Virus record (IMG/VR): IMGVR_UViG_3300050821_018050
Coordinates: 1-64,000 of that record
Length of the DNA: 64,000 bases
DNA from: a virus
Strand: one strand, 5' to 3'
Position 1 is the first letter of the stretch. Each line of letters begins with the position of its first letter. Shown here piece by piece: positions 1 through 9,951 of this stretch. The position numbers were made by a program, and so were the translations under genes. Under the pieces are notes generated by a model. It ran no database searches. It was given only the letters and a program-made list of their open reading frames with translations, and had not been told where the DNA came from.

Positions 1-1
1 G

Positions 2-202
2 ATCGATAGTCTACAAAATTTAATCAGAATCGCAGAATCCCTTCAAAAGGTTACGGGACAAGCTAACACTGTCAAAATTAAAACCGAAAATGTCAATACT
101 CAAAATGTTAACGTTAATGTGACCGCTAATGATAAATCTATGGATGCTGATACCGCAGCAGCTATATTAAAAGTAGTAACAGACGCTCGTAAAAATAAAT
201 AA
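2..202 (+). CDS. 3' end of ORF running in from the window edge; possible terminase small subunit
   Basis: Open frame IDSLQNLIRIAESLQKVTGQ...VTDARKNK* ending TAA at 200-202; lies shortly upstream of terL (positional inference only). Confidence 0.4.
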   Translation: MDSLQNLIRIAESLQKVTGQANTVKIKTENVNTQNVNVNVTANDKSMDADTAAAILKVVTDARKNK

Positions 203-205
203 CAC

Positions 206-215
206 CCTAATATTT
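206..215 (+). promoter_or_regulatory. Putative late promoter element CCTAATATTT
   Basis: One of 12 exact CCTAATATT copies found, nearly all intergenic and upstream of structural operons. Confidence 0.75.
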
Positions 216-222
216 AAGGGGA

Positions 223-534
223 ATGTCTAATTTTGAATCCAGAATACTTCAATATTTTATGGAAGAGCGCCTTGAAATAGGATTTCTTGGAACTGAATTT
301 AAAGAATATTGGCCCGCACTTTTAATTAATTCAATAATTGAAAAGAATCAAAGATTCCGCATTATTCCTAATCGAGAAGACTATGAATGGGGCCAACTAT
401 TGGCTATATATGATTGCCCGGTAGGATCCAGAATAAGTAAAGTTAATGTTACTGGATTTTGTGCAGTTCGAGTACTGATAAGACAGCTTGATAATTCAGA
501 ACGGACTGAAATTTTCAAGTTTAGATATGATTGA
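223..534 (+). CDS. Hypothetical protein, LExRI N-terminal family
   Basis: 103 aa; SD AAGGGG; starts MSNFESRILQYF. Confidence 0.7.
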   Translation: MSNFESRILQYFMEERLEIGFLGTEFKEYWPALLINSIIEKNQRFRIIPNREDYEWGQLLAIYDCPVGSRISKVNVTGFCAVRVLIRQLDNSERTEIFKFRYD

Positions 535-557
535 GAACTTATGGTATTATACAGTTA

Positions 558-857
558 ATGGTTAACCTTGAGATAAGAATTTTAGATGAGTTAATTCATC
601 AAGCTTTGGTGGAAGCAAATTTTCATCAATCTCAATTTGTGATCAGTGTGCCTTTTTGGCGTTTTAAACTTTATGAAAAACTTATTAAAAAAGGCAAGGT
701 TTCACGGTTTTTTGGTGGCGAACCGATTGTTATTGCTAATAACCCACCTTACAAATTTGACGAGATGAAATTTAGGGTCGTGACAGATGATGATCAACTT
801 CTGTTTACCGCCAGAACAAAAGATTACCATTTTAAAATGAAAGAAATGGGAATATGA
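558..857 (+). CDS. Hypothetical protein, LExRI family (start moved from 531 to ATG 558)
   Basis: MVNLEIRILDEL; TGG-TATTAT (542-550) lies 7 nt upstream; stop overlaps terL start (ATGA). Confidence 0.65.
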   Translation: MVNLEIRILDELIHQALVEANFHQSQFVISVPFWRFKLYEKLIKKGKVSRFFGGEPIVIANNPPYKFDEMKFRVVTDDDQLLFTARTKDYHFKMKEMGI

Positions 858-2839
858 GTATTGTAACCCCAGTAGACAAAACTTTAGCAGATGCTTTTTT
901 GGTTAAATTCCAGTCTAAAGAGCACTTAAAGAATTGGATTGATACATTTATTGGTTGGAATCTTCCAGACTCTTTTATTGATCCAGAGTCAAATTCCTCC
1001 CCTATAGAGTGGATGTATTCGGCTTATTCTATGTATCGTGACAATACTTGCAATACGTCGCCTTCTATTATTACGATCTCTACTCGCGGGGGGTACAAAA
1101 CTTTAACCCAGTCCATCTTTTCGGTAATTATGATGTTGCATTTCAATGCTTCGTATTGTCATGGAGCCGCCATTATTCCTCAAGCACAAGTTGCTCAAGA
1201 ATATGTATCTAAATTTTTGGTTCAATTACAGCCATTCATGGAATATCATAATATTTATGTTTTGACCGATAATTCCAAAGATATTAAATTGGGACCTAAA
1301 GGGGCAAAAATAGCCCAATCTCAAATGAAGATCCTAGTTTTAAATATGGCTGGGTCAAATGCTGCCCATTCGAATCTTCTCTGTTTAGATGAAGTCGATC
1401 TTTTACGATCTGCAGAGCAAAGAAAGGCATTCGGTGAAATTTCTAAGGTTCCGGCAGAGTTTGATGGCCAATTTCCCTTAACTATTAAAACCTCTACTTT
1501 AAAATTCCGATCGGGGTTATTCTCTCAACAATTGGATTTAGCAAAAGAAAAGGGCTGGCAAGTACATAAGTGGAACTTGCTGGATATTACAGAAAAATGT
1601 CAACCAGAACGCCATGGCGAAAGAACTAATCAAAGCGTTTATGCGCGATACGAGCTACCTCTTAAGACTATTAAAGAAGATGAATATAATGATTTAGTGG
1701 CAAAAGAAAAAGAAGGTTACAAAAGACTTGATAATGTTAGAAAAGGTTGCATGGGATGTTCTTTATTACCGGTTTGCAAAGGACGTTTAGCAGAAAGAGC
1801 AGAAACAGACAAGGGCGGTTTTTGGAAATCAATTGAATTTACCAAATCAGAATTAGAAACAACAGAGCCCGATCTTGCTACTGCCCAATTACTTTGTCGA
1901 AGGGCAGCCGCATCAGGCATGGTATACCCAAGATTTGAAGATCGTGCTGATGGCGAAGGCAATACTTATTCATTAGAGCAAGCATTCGAGAAATTCACTG
2001 GTGATAAAGCTCCCAAAGGAATTACCTATCCTTTTTTACTCAAAACTCTATTAGATAATGGTACAAAATTTTATGCATCAGGTGACTGGGGTCATACCGG
2101 AGCACAAGCATTTGTTGTAGCTGCTCAAATGGGCATGGGAGAGTTTTGGTTATTAGATTCATATTCCATACCTAATTTAGAATGGGAACAAGTACTAGAT
2201 CTTGGGAAACGCATCAGAGATCAATATCGTAGGCCATTAAAATGGTTTATGGATACCAATCAGCCGATGTTCATTAAAGCGTTCAATAAAAATCAAATGA
2301 AATGCGCCAAATTTACTAAAGATATTTTTGGTGGTATTTCTTCAATTCGCGGTCAGATCTTAGATGGAGCTAATCGCCGAAAATTAAAAGTAATTAAACA
2401 CGATAGAACAAAGATCATCGTAAAAATGTTTCAAGAACACGCCTTTAAATTGGATTCGCTTGGTAACCCTACCCAAGAGCCCGACGATTCACCAGTAAGC
2501 CATATTGGTGACTCAGTGAGATACATGGGACAGAATCTTTTTGCGCCAAAGGGTGGTGGACTAAGGCAGAACATTGATACTAATCAATACATGTCAGATG
2601 CTCCCGTAGAAGATACTTATGAAAACTGGTTAGAACAAAAAATTGCTGCAGCTAAATCAGAAGATGAGAACCCAAATGGTGATACTAGCGGATTATCAGA
2701 AAGTGGTTCGGTATTTTGGGATTTTGGCGGTACTGACGACGTTGAACCAACTGAAGATGAAAGTGCATTTAAGTTTAAAACAGAAGAAGAACTAATGGCT
2801 GAATATAAGGCTAATGAACCAAAAGAATCAAAAACCTAA
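854..2839 (+). CDS. terL: Terminase large subunit
   Basis: Walker A TRGGYKT, Walker B LLCLDEVD, nuclease motifs SGDWG and HIGDSVRY; Cys-rich insertion CMGC...C. Confidence 0.9.
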   Translation: MSIVTPVDKTLADAFLVKFQSKEHLKNWIDTFIGWNLPDSFIDPESNSSPIEWMYSAYSMYRDNTCNTSPSIITISTRGGYKTLTQSIFSVIMMLHFNASYCHGAAIIPQAQVAQEYVSKFLVQLQPFMEYHNIYVLTDNSKDIKLGPKGAKIAQSQMKILVLNMAGSNAAHSNLLCLDEVDLLRSAEQRKAFGEISKVPAEFDGQFPLTIKTSTLKFRSGLFSQQLDLAKEKGWQVHKWNLLDITEKCQPERHGERTNQSVYARYELPLKTIKEDEYNDLVAKEKEGYKRLDNVRKGCMGCSLLPVCKGRLAERAETDKGGFWKSIEFTKSELETTEPDLATAQLLCRRAAASGMVYPRFEDRADGEGNTYSLEQAFEKFTGDKAPKGITYPFLLKTLLDNGTKFYASGDWGHTGAQAFVVAAQMGMGEFWLLDSYSIPNLEWEQVLDLGKRIRDQYRRPLKWFMDTNQPMFIKAFNKNQMKCAKFTKDIFGGISSIRGQILDGANRRKLKVIKHDRTKIIVKMFQEHAFKLDSLGNPTQEPDDSPVSHIGDSVRYMGQNLFAPKGGGLRQNIDTNQYMSDAPVEDTYENWLEQKIAAAKSEDENPNGDTSGLSESGSVFWDFGGTDDVEPTEDESAFKFKTEEELMAEYKANEPKESKT

Positions 2840-2844
2840 TATTA
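2835..2844 (+). promoter_or_regulatory. Putative late promoter element CCTAATATTA
   Basis: Recurrent motif, overlaps terL stop, upstream of 2863. Confidence 0.7.
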
Positions 2845-2862
2845 CTTAGGGAAAAGGCTATA

Positions 2863-3831
2863 ATGAAAAAACAAATCTTGAATGTAATCAATCAGTTGCT
2901 CGCATACGATAGTGCTAATGGCGTTTCGGATACTCCGAATCTAAAAGCCTTTGATTGGACCCGTCGAATGACGGCACTTCCAATTTCTAATTCTTTGTCC
3001 GACTCTTTTACTTTATTTTCGGGTGAAACTAGAACTCTTTTTTCTAGTGCAGTAGCCAATCCCCTTGATAATACAAGTGTTTTATCGATTACTAACTTAC
3101 AGATGCCGAGCCTTTATCGTTTATCTGTCACGGCAGGTACGTCGGGGTTTAGAACCGCTAGATCCCTTTCTCTAATTAATGCCACGGTAACTGTTAATAA
3201 TAATGCCCAAGCTGTTTTTTCGTTTCCAAGCGGAACTCTAGGCGCTACACAGGTAGGGGATGTGATGCGAATTAAGAGTTTGGCGTTAGGGGACACTGCT
3301 CCATTTGCATTTAATCCATTAAACGGCGGTCTTTGGCAAATTATTGGATTGACGGCCACATCTGTTACCTGTATTAGACCTGTATGTGCTGGGTTCCAGG
3401 GAGTTTCAGAGTCTGTATCTACTGTTGGAGCAGATGTTCAAATTTATTCTGCTGCCGGAGTGCAAAAAGGTGACAAGATGCTGATCAACGGCGGCTTCAG
3501 TTCTATTACCCAAAGAACATTTGAAGTTAAAGATGTAACACCCACTACAATCGATTTTTGCTCAACGCAACCTCTTCCTTCTGAAGCTGGTATTGCATAC
3601 ACTACTGATATGATCGATTTCTTTGGTTTTACTAAGAAGTTTTTTTACGTCGAGGCAGATCAAGAATGTGTGGTATACTTAAATGGTAACGACGGATCAA
3701 GTATTATACCAGTTCAGGCCGGAAACACAGCTCTTCCAGGATTTTTAAATACCACGGGGGAGATTTATTCCTGTTCTGTATTGAATAAATCAATAAATCC
3801 TTTGAATCTTAAACTTTTTACTGCGGAGTAA
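2863..3831 (+). CDS. Probable virion structural protein (beta-rich)
   Basis: 322 aa, S/T/G/V-rich, behind late motif, between terL and portal. Confidence 0.55.
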   Translation: MKKQILNVINQLLAYDSANGVSDTPNLKAFDWTRRMTALPISNSLSDSFTLFSGETRTLFSSAVANPLDNTSVLSITNLQMPSLYRLSVTAGTSGFRTARSLSLINATVTVNNNAQAVFSFPSGTLGATQVGDVMRIKSLALGDTAPFAFNPLNGGLWQIIGLTATSVTCIRPVCAGFQGVSESVSTVGADVQIYSAAGVQKGDKMLINGGFSSITQRTFEVKDVTPTTIDFCSTQPLPSEAGIAYTTDMIDFFGFTKKFFYVEADQECVVYLNGNDGSSIIPVQAGNTALPGFLNTTGEIYSCSVLNKSINPLNLKLFTAE

Positions 3832-3834
3832 ATT

Positions 3835-4032
3835 TTGGAACGAATTAATCGCCTTTTGGACACTATGATGAGTCAAGCAATCACTGGTAAATATACCAGC
3901 GAAGCCGATGTTTTAAAAGAAATGAATTCTATTATTCTTGAAGGTAAGAAATATCCCACTCTAGCGAAAACAGAAGCACTTAAAGAGTTTGAAATGCTAT
4001 ATAGTGCCATGAAAAAAAGAGCAGAAGGCTAA
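3835..4032 (+). CDS. Hypothetical protein
   Basis: 65 aa, TTG start with SD GGAG, fills the gap before portal. Confidence 0.6.
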   Translation: MERINRLLDTMMSQAITGKYTSEADVLKEMNSIILEGKKYPTLAKTEALKEFEMLYSAMKKRAEG

Positions 4033-4033
4033 T

Positions 4034-6124
4034 ATGTCTGAAAAAAGAAAATCGTCTCCTACAAAATCCACGGAAAGATCGATATATACGATCAATCCTG
4101 ATGGGACAGATTTGCAAAAATCTGATTCAGAGCTATTATTGCAAACGGCTAATGATAAAGCAAAAACTGAAGGCGGTTATCTTGAAAGCATCCTTAAGTC
4201 ATTAAAAGATTCTCAGGATGCCCAACGGATTGCCTTTGAAGTTGATCCATATTTAGTTCAAGGTGCGGGATCAATGGGTGGTGGATTTGGGTCGGCTTAC
4301 ATTCAAAAAACAAAACTTACCCCTGATTGGGTTATCAAAGCTTTAACAGGTCCGGGTGGAGACGAATTATTAAATCAAATTTTACAGGCTAGATCAAACG
4401 TAATTGCTTCTTTTGGTCGCCCTAAGTCAGATCGTTTTTCTGTTGGATTTGAATTCATTCCAATTAATAAATCTAATGAATTTGAAAAAGATGCCAAACA
4501 GGCTTCAGCGGTTAAAGATTTAATCGAAAAAGCTAAAGAAGTAATGTGGAATTGTGGGCATCCTGGACTTGAAGAAGACCAAGCCACTAATTTGTCTCAA
4601 TTCTTCAAAATGATCGTCCGAGATGGCTTGCGTTTTGGGCGATGCGCTATTGAAATGATCTATGCTCGCGACCCTCTTGCAAAAGGTGGTGAGAAACTTC
4701 ACTCATTTCGTCCAGTAGATTCAGGCACTATTTATCGCATTAAGCCGCGTGCAGAAACTGAACAAAGTGTTCGTACTGCTGCAATTAAACTTTTAGAAGA
4801 ACTTAAGAATGAAAAAATTGATGCCTCTAAATATGAAAAAGATGAATACAAGTGGCTTCAAGTTATTGAAAATAAGCCAACACAAGCTTTTACTGATAAA
4901 GAATTAGTTGTATATAATTTTTATCCAGTTACCAACGTAGAATATAGTGGATACCCTCTTACTCCAATTGATCAAGCGATTAGCGCGATCATGACTCACA
5001 TCAATATTACCCTTCATAATAAGTTATATTTTCAAAATGGCCGTGCTACAAAGGGTATCTTGGTATTCAATTCAGATAATATGGATGAGACATCTGCACA
5101 AAAGATCCGTCTCCAATTTAATCAAACTATCAATGGCGTAGCCAATTCACATCGCTTGCCTGTGTTCGTTGTTGGCGAGGATGAAAAAGTATCTTGGCAA
5201 TCGATCGATGCTAGTGGCCGCGATATGGAATTCCAATATCTCATGGATATGAATTCACGCATCATCATGGGCGCATTCCAAATGTCGCCAGATGAATTGC
5301 CAGGCTATAATCATCTTTCTCGTGGATCAAATACCCAAGCTCTTTCCGAATCAAATAATGAATATAAAATGACTGCGGCCAGAGATACTGGATTACGTCC
5401 GCTTATCTATGATATTCAGGATTTGATCAATAGTCATATTTTTCCTAAATTTTTCGGCGATTTATCGGAAACCCATCAATTAATTTTATCCGGCTTAGAT
5501 AAAGACGATCCAGAAAAAGAATCTACAAGATTGCAACAAGACATGGCTGTACACATGACGTACAACGATGTGCTTAAAAAGGTAGAGAAAGATCCTTTAC
5601 CAACGGAACTGGGCGGTGATTTCCCATTAAACCCACAATATCAACAAGTGGTTGAAAAATATTTAACCGTTGGTGAAATTATGGAAAACTTTTTTGGTAA
5701 AAAAGGTGCGGCGGTGGATCCGCGCCACCAATGGTATGCTAACCCAATGTGGATGCAACAACAACAAATGCTAGTTCAGCAAGCTCAAATTGCTATGCAA
5801 AATCAAATGATGGCACAACAAATGGTTCAGCAAGCTCAATCTGGTGGACAGCCACAGCCAGGAGAAGAAGGCGGAGACCCATCACAAAGCGGAGGAGATC
5901 AAGGTCCTCCAGGCGAAACTCCTGCACAAAAAAATGAACGCTTAAATTGGTTAAATATTCAAGTGTTAAACAAATCTATTAAAGATAATCACACTAATAT
6001 TACACGAATGATTTTAGCACGCCATGAAGACGTTAGTAAAAAACAGATTGATGCTTTTGAAAAAGAATCTAAAAAATCTGTTGATCGTATTGTTGCACAT
6101 TTACCCAAAAAAAAGAAAAAGTAG
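4034..6124 (+). CDS. Portal protein
   Basis: 696 aa; portal-like motifs (FRPVDSGTI, GYPLTPI, YFQNGRATKGIL, DMEFQ, AFQMSPDELP, GLRPL); position after terL; Q-rich C-terminus. Confidence 0.88.
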   Translation: MSEKRKSSPTKSTERSIYTINPDGTDLQKSDSELLLQTANDKAKTEGGYLESILKSLKDSQDAQRIAFEVDPYLVQGAGSMGGGFGSAYIQKTKLTPDWVIKALTGPGGDELLNQILQARSNVIASFGRPKSDRFSVGFEFIPINKSNEFEKDAKQASAVKDLIEKAKEVMWNCGHPGLEEDQATNLSQFFKMIVRDGLRFGRCAIEMIYARDPLAKGGEKLHSFRPVDSGTIYRIKPRAETEQSVRTAAIKLLEELKNEKIDASKYEKDEYKWLQVIENKPTQAFTDKELVVYNFYPVTNVEYSGYPLTPIDQAISAIMTHINITLHNKLYFQNGRATKGILVFNSDNMDETSAQKIRLQFNQTINGVANSHRLPVFVVGEDEKVSWQSIDASGRDMEFQYLMDMNSRIIMGAFQMSPDELPGYNHLSRGSNTQALSESNNEYKMTAARDTGLRPLIYDIQDLINSHIFPKFFGDLSETHQLILSGLDKDDPEKESTRLQQDMAVHMTYNDVLKKVEKDPLPTELGGDFPLNPQYQQVVEKYLTVGEIMENFFGKKGAAVDPRHQWYANPMWMQQQQMLVQQAQIAMQNQMMAQQMVQQAQSGGQPQPGEEGGDPSQSGGDQGPPGETPAQKNERLNWLNIQVLNKSIKDNHTNITRMILARHEDVSKKQIDAFEKESKKSVDRIVAHLPKKKKK

Positions 6125-6130
6125 GTTAGT

Positions 6131-7000
6131 ATGAGACTAACTTCAGATCAAGAATCAGTCATTGAATCGGTTCTCAATAATCTGTTTGAAACTATTAAGG
6201 CAAAATATTTAGGTCAGTGGTATAAAGGGCCTAAGATTTTTTTTTCTACCGCCAGAGAAGCCAATCCAATGAATACCGTTGGTGGTATTTTTGAATATAC
6301 GTTGAGGTCAATTCACCCTAATCCATCGGTTGATTATGATATGATTCAAAAATTAGCCAACACCTCTGGAAATTATATCGAAGCCGAAAAGAAACGGGCT
6401 CTTGATAGAATACACGAAAATATTGGTAAAGCTAAAGATGGCGATGATTTTAAGAAGATCGTTGAAGATTCATTAGAGCCGTCAAATAATTACATGAATA
6501 TGCTCATGACGACGGAAGTACGTAACGCACAATCCAGAGCGGAAGTTAGTGGTATTCAGCAAATTGGCGCTGCTCTTGGGATGAATGACCCTACTATCGT
6601 GAAATTAGGCGTAGTTGATCCAAAGTTGTGCCCGGCTTGCCGGAAACTATGGCATACTGAGGAAGATATTCGTGTTCCGAGAGCGTATAAGTTATCAGAA
6701 TTATCCGATGGATATAACACGGACATGAAAAACCCATTGCCCACAACGCTCTCAACACATCCACATTGTCGTCACACCATGAGTATAATTCCTTTGGGTT
6801 ATGGTTACGTTGGAGGCTCATTTCAATTTATTTCTCCTACTTACAATCTTTTGGATGACCAAAGAGGCCTCGGTAAATCAGAATTAATTTTTTCTTTAGA
6901 CCGTTCTTCAATAACGCAAAATACCGAACTCTTCCTATTCGCTTATGAAGACGATCCTTGCGATCAACATGCGCATATTGAATTTTTCGAGCCAAAGTAG
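6131..7000 (+). CDS. MuF/SPP1 gp7-like minor head protein
   Basis: TTEV...A, CPAC and HPHCRH Cys/His motifs; immediately after portal. Confidence 0.75.
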   Translation: MRLTSDQESVIESVLNNLFETIKAKYLGQWYKGPKIFFSTAREANPMNTVGGIFEYTLRSIHPNPSVDYDMIQKLANTSGNYIEAEKKRALDRIHENIGKAKDGDDFKKIVEDSLEPSNNYMNMLMTTEVRNAQSRAEVSGIQQIGAALGMNDPTIVKLGVVDPKLCPACRKLWHTEEDIRVPRAYKLSELSDGYNTDMKNPLPTTLSTHPHCRHTMSIIPLGYGYVGGSFQFISPTYNLLDDQRGLGKSELIFSLDRSSITQNTELFLFAYEDDPCDQHAHIEFFEPK

Positions 7001-7145
7001 CTAATATTTCATACCGTTCGGGGTATTGCCACTTGTAGGCTAGTCCAAAAATTTTACGATTAAAGCTGATAGTTTTACCAATACCAAAAAATTCTTTGCC
7101 TTCCGTAAAAAGTTGCTTATAGATAGCTCGTTCGAGTTTTATCAC
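6837..7145 (-). CDS. Small early protein, LExRI-like family, antisense overlap with the MuF tail
   Basis: TTGACT(7180-7175)-N17-TAATAT(7157-7152), 6 nt, then GTG; starts MIKLERAIYKQL. Confidence 0.6.
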   Translation of the reverse strand: MIKLERAIYKQLFTEGKEFFGIGKTISFNRKIFGLAYKWQYPERYEILATLARKIQYAHVDRKDRLHKRIGRVRYFALLKNGLKKKLILIYRGLFGHPKDCK

Positions 7146-7218
7146 CTTTAAATATTATCATTTTCATGTAAGTTAGTCAACCAATTGTTTTCATTGATTT
7201 TTAGTTTTACCGAAAAGC

Positions 7219-7228
7219 CCTAATATTT
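7219..7228 (+). promoter_or_regulatory. Putative late promoter element CCTAATATTT
   Basis: Recurrent motif upstream of the GIY-YIG/protease operon. Confidence 0.75.
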
Positions 7229-7241
7229 CATAAGAGGGTAA

Positions 7242-7742
7242 ATGAAGTCTTACGGTGTAATATATAAAATCACTAATAAAATCAATGGGAAGGCATATGT
7301 TGGACAGACGGTTCAATCATTAAGTGTCCGCTGGTCTAAACATAAATCCAGCCACACTCATTGCAGAATACTTAAAAAAGCAATGGACAAGTATGGTATC
7401 GATAATTTTACCATAGAGTCGATTGTATCAGCTTTTAATGCCGAAGGTTTACACGAACTAGAAGTTCAAATGATAAAAGAGTTTAATACCGTTACTCCCA
7501 ACGGTTATAATATGAATACCGGCAGCGATTGTTCGATAAGTTCCCCAGAAGCAAAGGCAAATAAATCTGCAGCACTTAAGAAAAAATATTCCGATCCGGC
7601 ACATGCAAAAAAAATGCAAATCATTTTCCAGAATCCTGAACGCAAGCGTAAAATTGGCGAAGCCGCACAAGCACGATGGAATGACCCTAATTATAAAGCA
7701 AAGATGATTGAAAAGCGTCGAGCGAAGGTGGGTACGTGTTAA
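7242..7742 (+). CDS. GIY-YIG homing endonuclease
   Basis: GVIYKITNKINGKAYVGQT, RW..H, E..I, PNGYN, NUMOD-like basic C-terminus. Confidence 0.9.
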   Translation: MKSYGVIYKITNKINGKAYVGQTVQSLSVRWSKHKSSHTHCRILKKAMDKYGIDNFTIESIVSAFNAEGLHELEVQMIKEFNTVTPNGYNMNTGSDCSISSPEAKANKSAALKKKYSDPAHAKKMQIIFQNPERKRKIGEAAQARWNDPNYKAKMIEKRRAKVGTC

Positions 7743-9334
7743 TTTACGGTATTGGCGCAACACAGGCGATCGATAGCAGCGGCGAAATTCTTTCAGTAGA
7801 AGGATGCGACATTTCAGATGTTGCGGCTGGAAAAGCGTTTTTTAATTGGGAGCACTCAAACGATGGAGCAGATACAATCGTAGGAGCCGTAACCTACGCT
7901 AAGAAAATCTATTCATTGGCAGAATGCGAAAATGATAAACAAAAAGAATGCTGGGAAGCCTGCCTCTTACCCATGGTTTATATCGAAGGGCGACTTTTTG
8001 ATAAAGAGGGTCATGTAGGAGCTATTTGTTTGGCCGCTATGTTTAGATCATTTGCTGCTCGCGGCGAAAAGATTCAGATAGGTACTTCTATTGAAGGCGC
8101 TACTATGCAGCGCGGTCAGGGGCCAGAGCATAATATTTTAATGCGCACTCTAGCTCGTAGGTGGGCGATCACTTTAAGACCATGCAATAAACAATGCATG
8201 CTTTATTTAGATAAAGATGAATATCCAGACGTTCTAAAATCAGAAACTTTTAATTTCATGGATATCGCTCCTCAAGATGTACCAGCACATGGTTTCATTA
8301 ATATTGAAGATCCTATCGCAGATATCTACAATACAATCGCTGAATTAAATAAAACTCTTGATGCAGGGGGCGGTGCAACCTGCGCTCCTTCACAATTAGT
8401 TGGCGGCGCTGCGCTTGGTGTAGAAAATCTTGTTGGTAGTACAAAAGATCGTATTAAGAATGCATATAAAAAATGGGACCGCAAAAAAAGTTTAAAGGCT
8501 CACATGAAAGCCGAACTCCCAGATGTTGCTGAAAAATACATAGAACATTTTGATGATATTGCTAATGAATTACAAATAAAAAAATCTGAAGGTTTGATTA
8601 GAATTGAATCAGATAAGCAGGGCAATGATGGAGCTACCGCATCTCAAAAGGCTTTACTAAATGGAACTTCTGTTTCTGCTAATGGAAGTCCCAGCAGAAT
8701 CGCTACAAATGATAATGGTCAAGTATTAGATATTTATTCATCATCTATTACGCCAACAGGCGGCGAAACAGCTAAAAATGCGGCTTCTTATTATGCAGCA
8801 GCTGATGATGTATTTGGTCTTGGCGATCATGTTACTCCTACGGCCTTTTTCCTCCATCAAACTTTCCCTATGGATGGAGCACCGTTACATTATGCTGTAG
8901 CTCAGCCAGAAGGTCAATCGGCACTTATTGGCAAAACATTCGAAGATTCTTTTGGCAAGAATAAAGAACTGTACCAAAAAATTGGCCTTATGGATGCAAT
9001 ACTTGGCCATGGTCATAGAATATGTGGTAATATACTGTTGAATAAAGGTAAACCTATTTTGATGGATAATCATCACGCTTTCGAATATAATCAACCTTCA
9101 GGCATGCACCAAAAACTCCACGGCGGAGATATCATGGGTGAAGATACAAGAAATTGGCTGATGTCGATTGATCCAAAAAAACTTGCGGGGACACTAGCGA
9201 GTAGTAAAATTGGATTAGATCGGGTTAAAAAAGCCATAACTGCTTTAAAAATCGCGCAGGCTCATAATCATCATCCGATTGACAAAATAGTAGAAAAAAT
9301 CTATCATATAGAAATGGATCCTGTACAGCAATGA
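7736..9334 (+). CDS. Prohead protease fused to a C-terminal kinase-like domain
   Basis: DSSGE, NWEH (His40), GTSIEG (Ser118), AIT.RPCN motifs of HK97/U35-like head proteases; C-terminal LMDAILG..HR..GNILL...LMDN resembles the PI3/4-kinase/HipA fold. Confidence 0.8.
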   Translation: MLIYGIGATQAIDSSGEILSVEGCDISDVAAGKAFFNWEHSNDGADTIVGAVTYAKKIYSLAECENDKQKECWEACLLPMVYIEGRLFDKEGHVGAICLAAMFRSFAARGEKIQIGTSIEGATMQRGQGPEHNILMRTLARRWAITLRPCNKQCMLYLDKDEYPDVLKSETFNFMDIAPQDVPAHGFINIEDPIADIYNTIAELNKTLDAGGGATCAPSQLVGGAALGVENLVGSTKDRIKNAYKKWDRKKSLKAHMKAELPDVAEKYIEHFDDIANELQIKKSEGLIRIESDKQGNDGATASQKALLNGTSVSANGSPSRIATNDNGQVLDIYSSSITPTGGETAKNAASYYAAADDVFGLGDHVTPTAFFLHQTFPMDGAPLHYAVAQPEGQSALIGKTFEDSFGKNKELYQKIGLMDAILGHGHRICGNILLNKGKPILMDNHHAFEYNQPSGMHQKLHGGDIMGEDTRNWLMSIDPKKLAGTLASSKIGLDRVKKAITALKIAQAHNHHPIDKIVEKIYHIEMDPVQQ

Positions 9335-9951
9335 AAGTTTATCGAATTGTATCGAAACATTCTGAAATACCTTTAGCGGAAATTCGTGCTGACGATCATG
9401 GTAGTATTGAATGGACCGTAGATAATACTAACGGAAAATTACCATCAGAAGCGGGAGATAATCTTGCGTCTATTTCTAAATATGTTGAAGCAAATAAACA
9501 TATGGATTTCGCAGAAGATGATAAATCCGCCGCTCAACTTTTAAGATATGTACTTGAAAATGGCGATGTAGCAGAAGTTACGACAGATGGTGCATCTTGC
9601 GTTTTAAATGGAAAGATTTTATCTCAAGAAGAAAAAGCTGCCTTTTTTGATGCTATTACCCAAGGAACAATCAAAGTAGCTCGCAAAGCTGATGTAATGC
9701 GCCCAATTCCTGTCCCAGCAACAAAACCGCTAGAATACAAACCGGTGGAAACCCCTAAATTAAATCCATCCCTATTGGCTGCTTATCGTCAAGAAATTGA
9801 ATCAGCATATGAAGCTACCCAAAATGATGCATTGTTAGGCAAATCGGAATTAGATCCTACTCAATTTGATGTACCATCAGATGATGTACCGTTTGCACAA
9901 AGAATGATCCAAGTTTTAGCAAAGGAAGCTCGTAAAAATGCCAGACGCTAA
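9331..9951 (+). CDS. Hypothetical head-operon protein
   Basis: 206 aa, coupled to the protease gene; contains LLGKSE. Confidence 0.7.
   Translation: MKVYRIVSKHSEIPLAEIRADDHGSIEWTVDNTNGKLPSEAGDNLASISKYVEANKHMDFAEDDKSAAQLLRYVLENGDVAEVTTDGASCVLNGKILSQEEKAAFFDAITQGTIKVARKADVMRPIPVPATKPLEYKPVETPKLNPSLLAAYRQEIESAYEATQNDALLGKSELDPTQFDVPSDDVPFAQRMIQVLAKEARKNARR

Noticed and set aside
7242-7742. Group I intron around the GIY-YIG gene
   Set aside because: It has its own SD/ATG, the protease downstream has an intact N-terminus, and there is no flanking non-coding room for a ribozyme core
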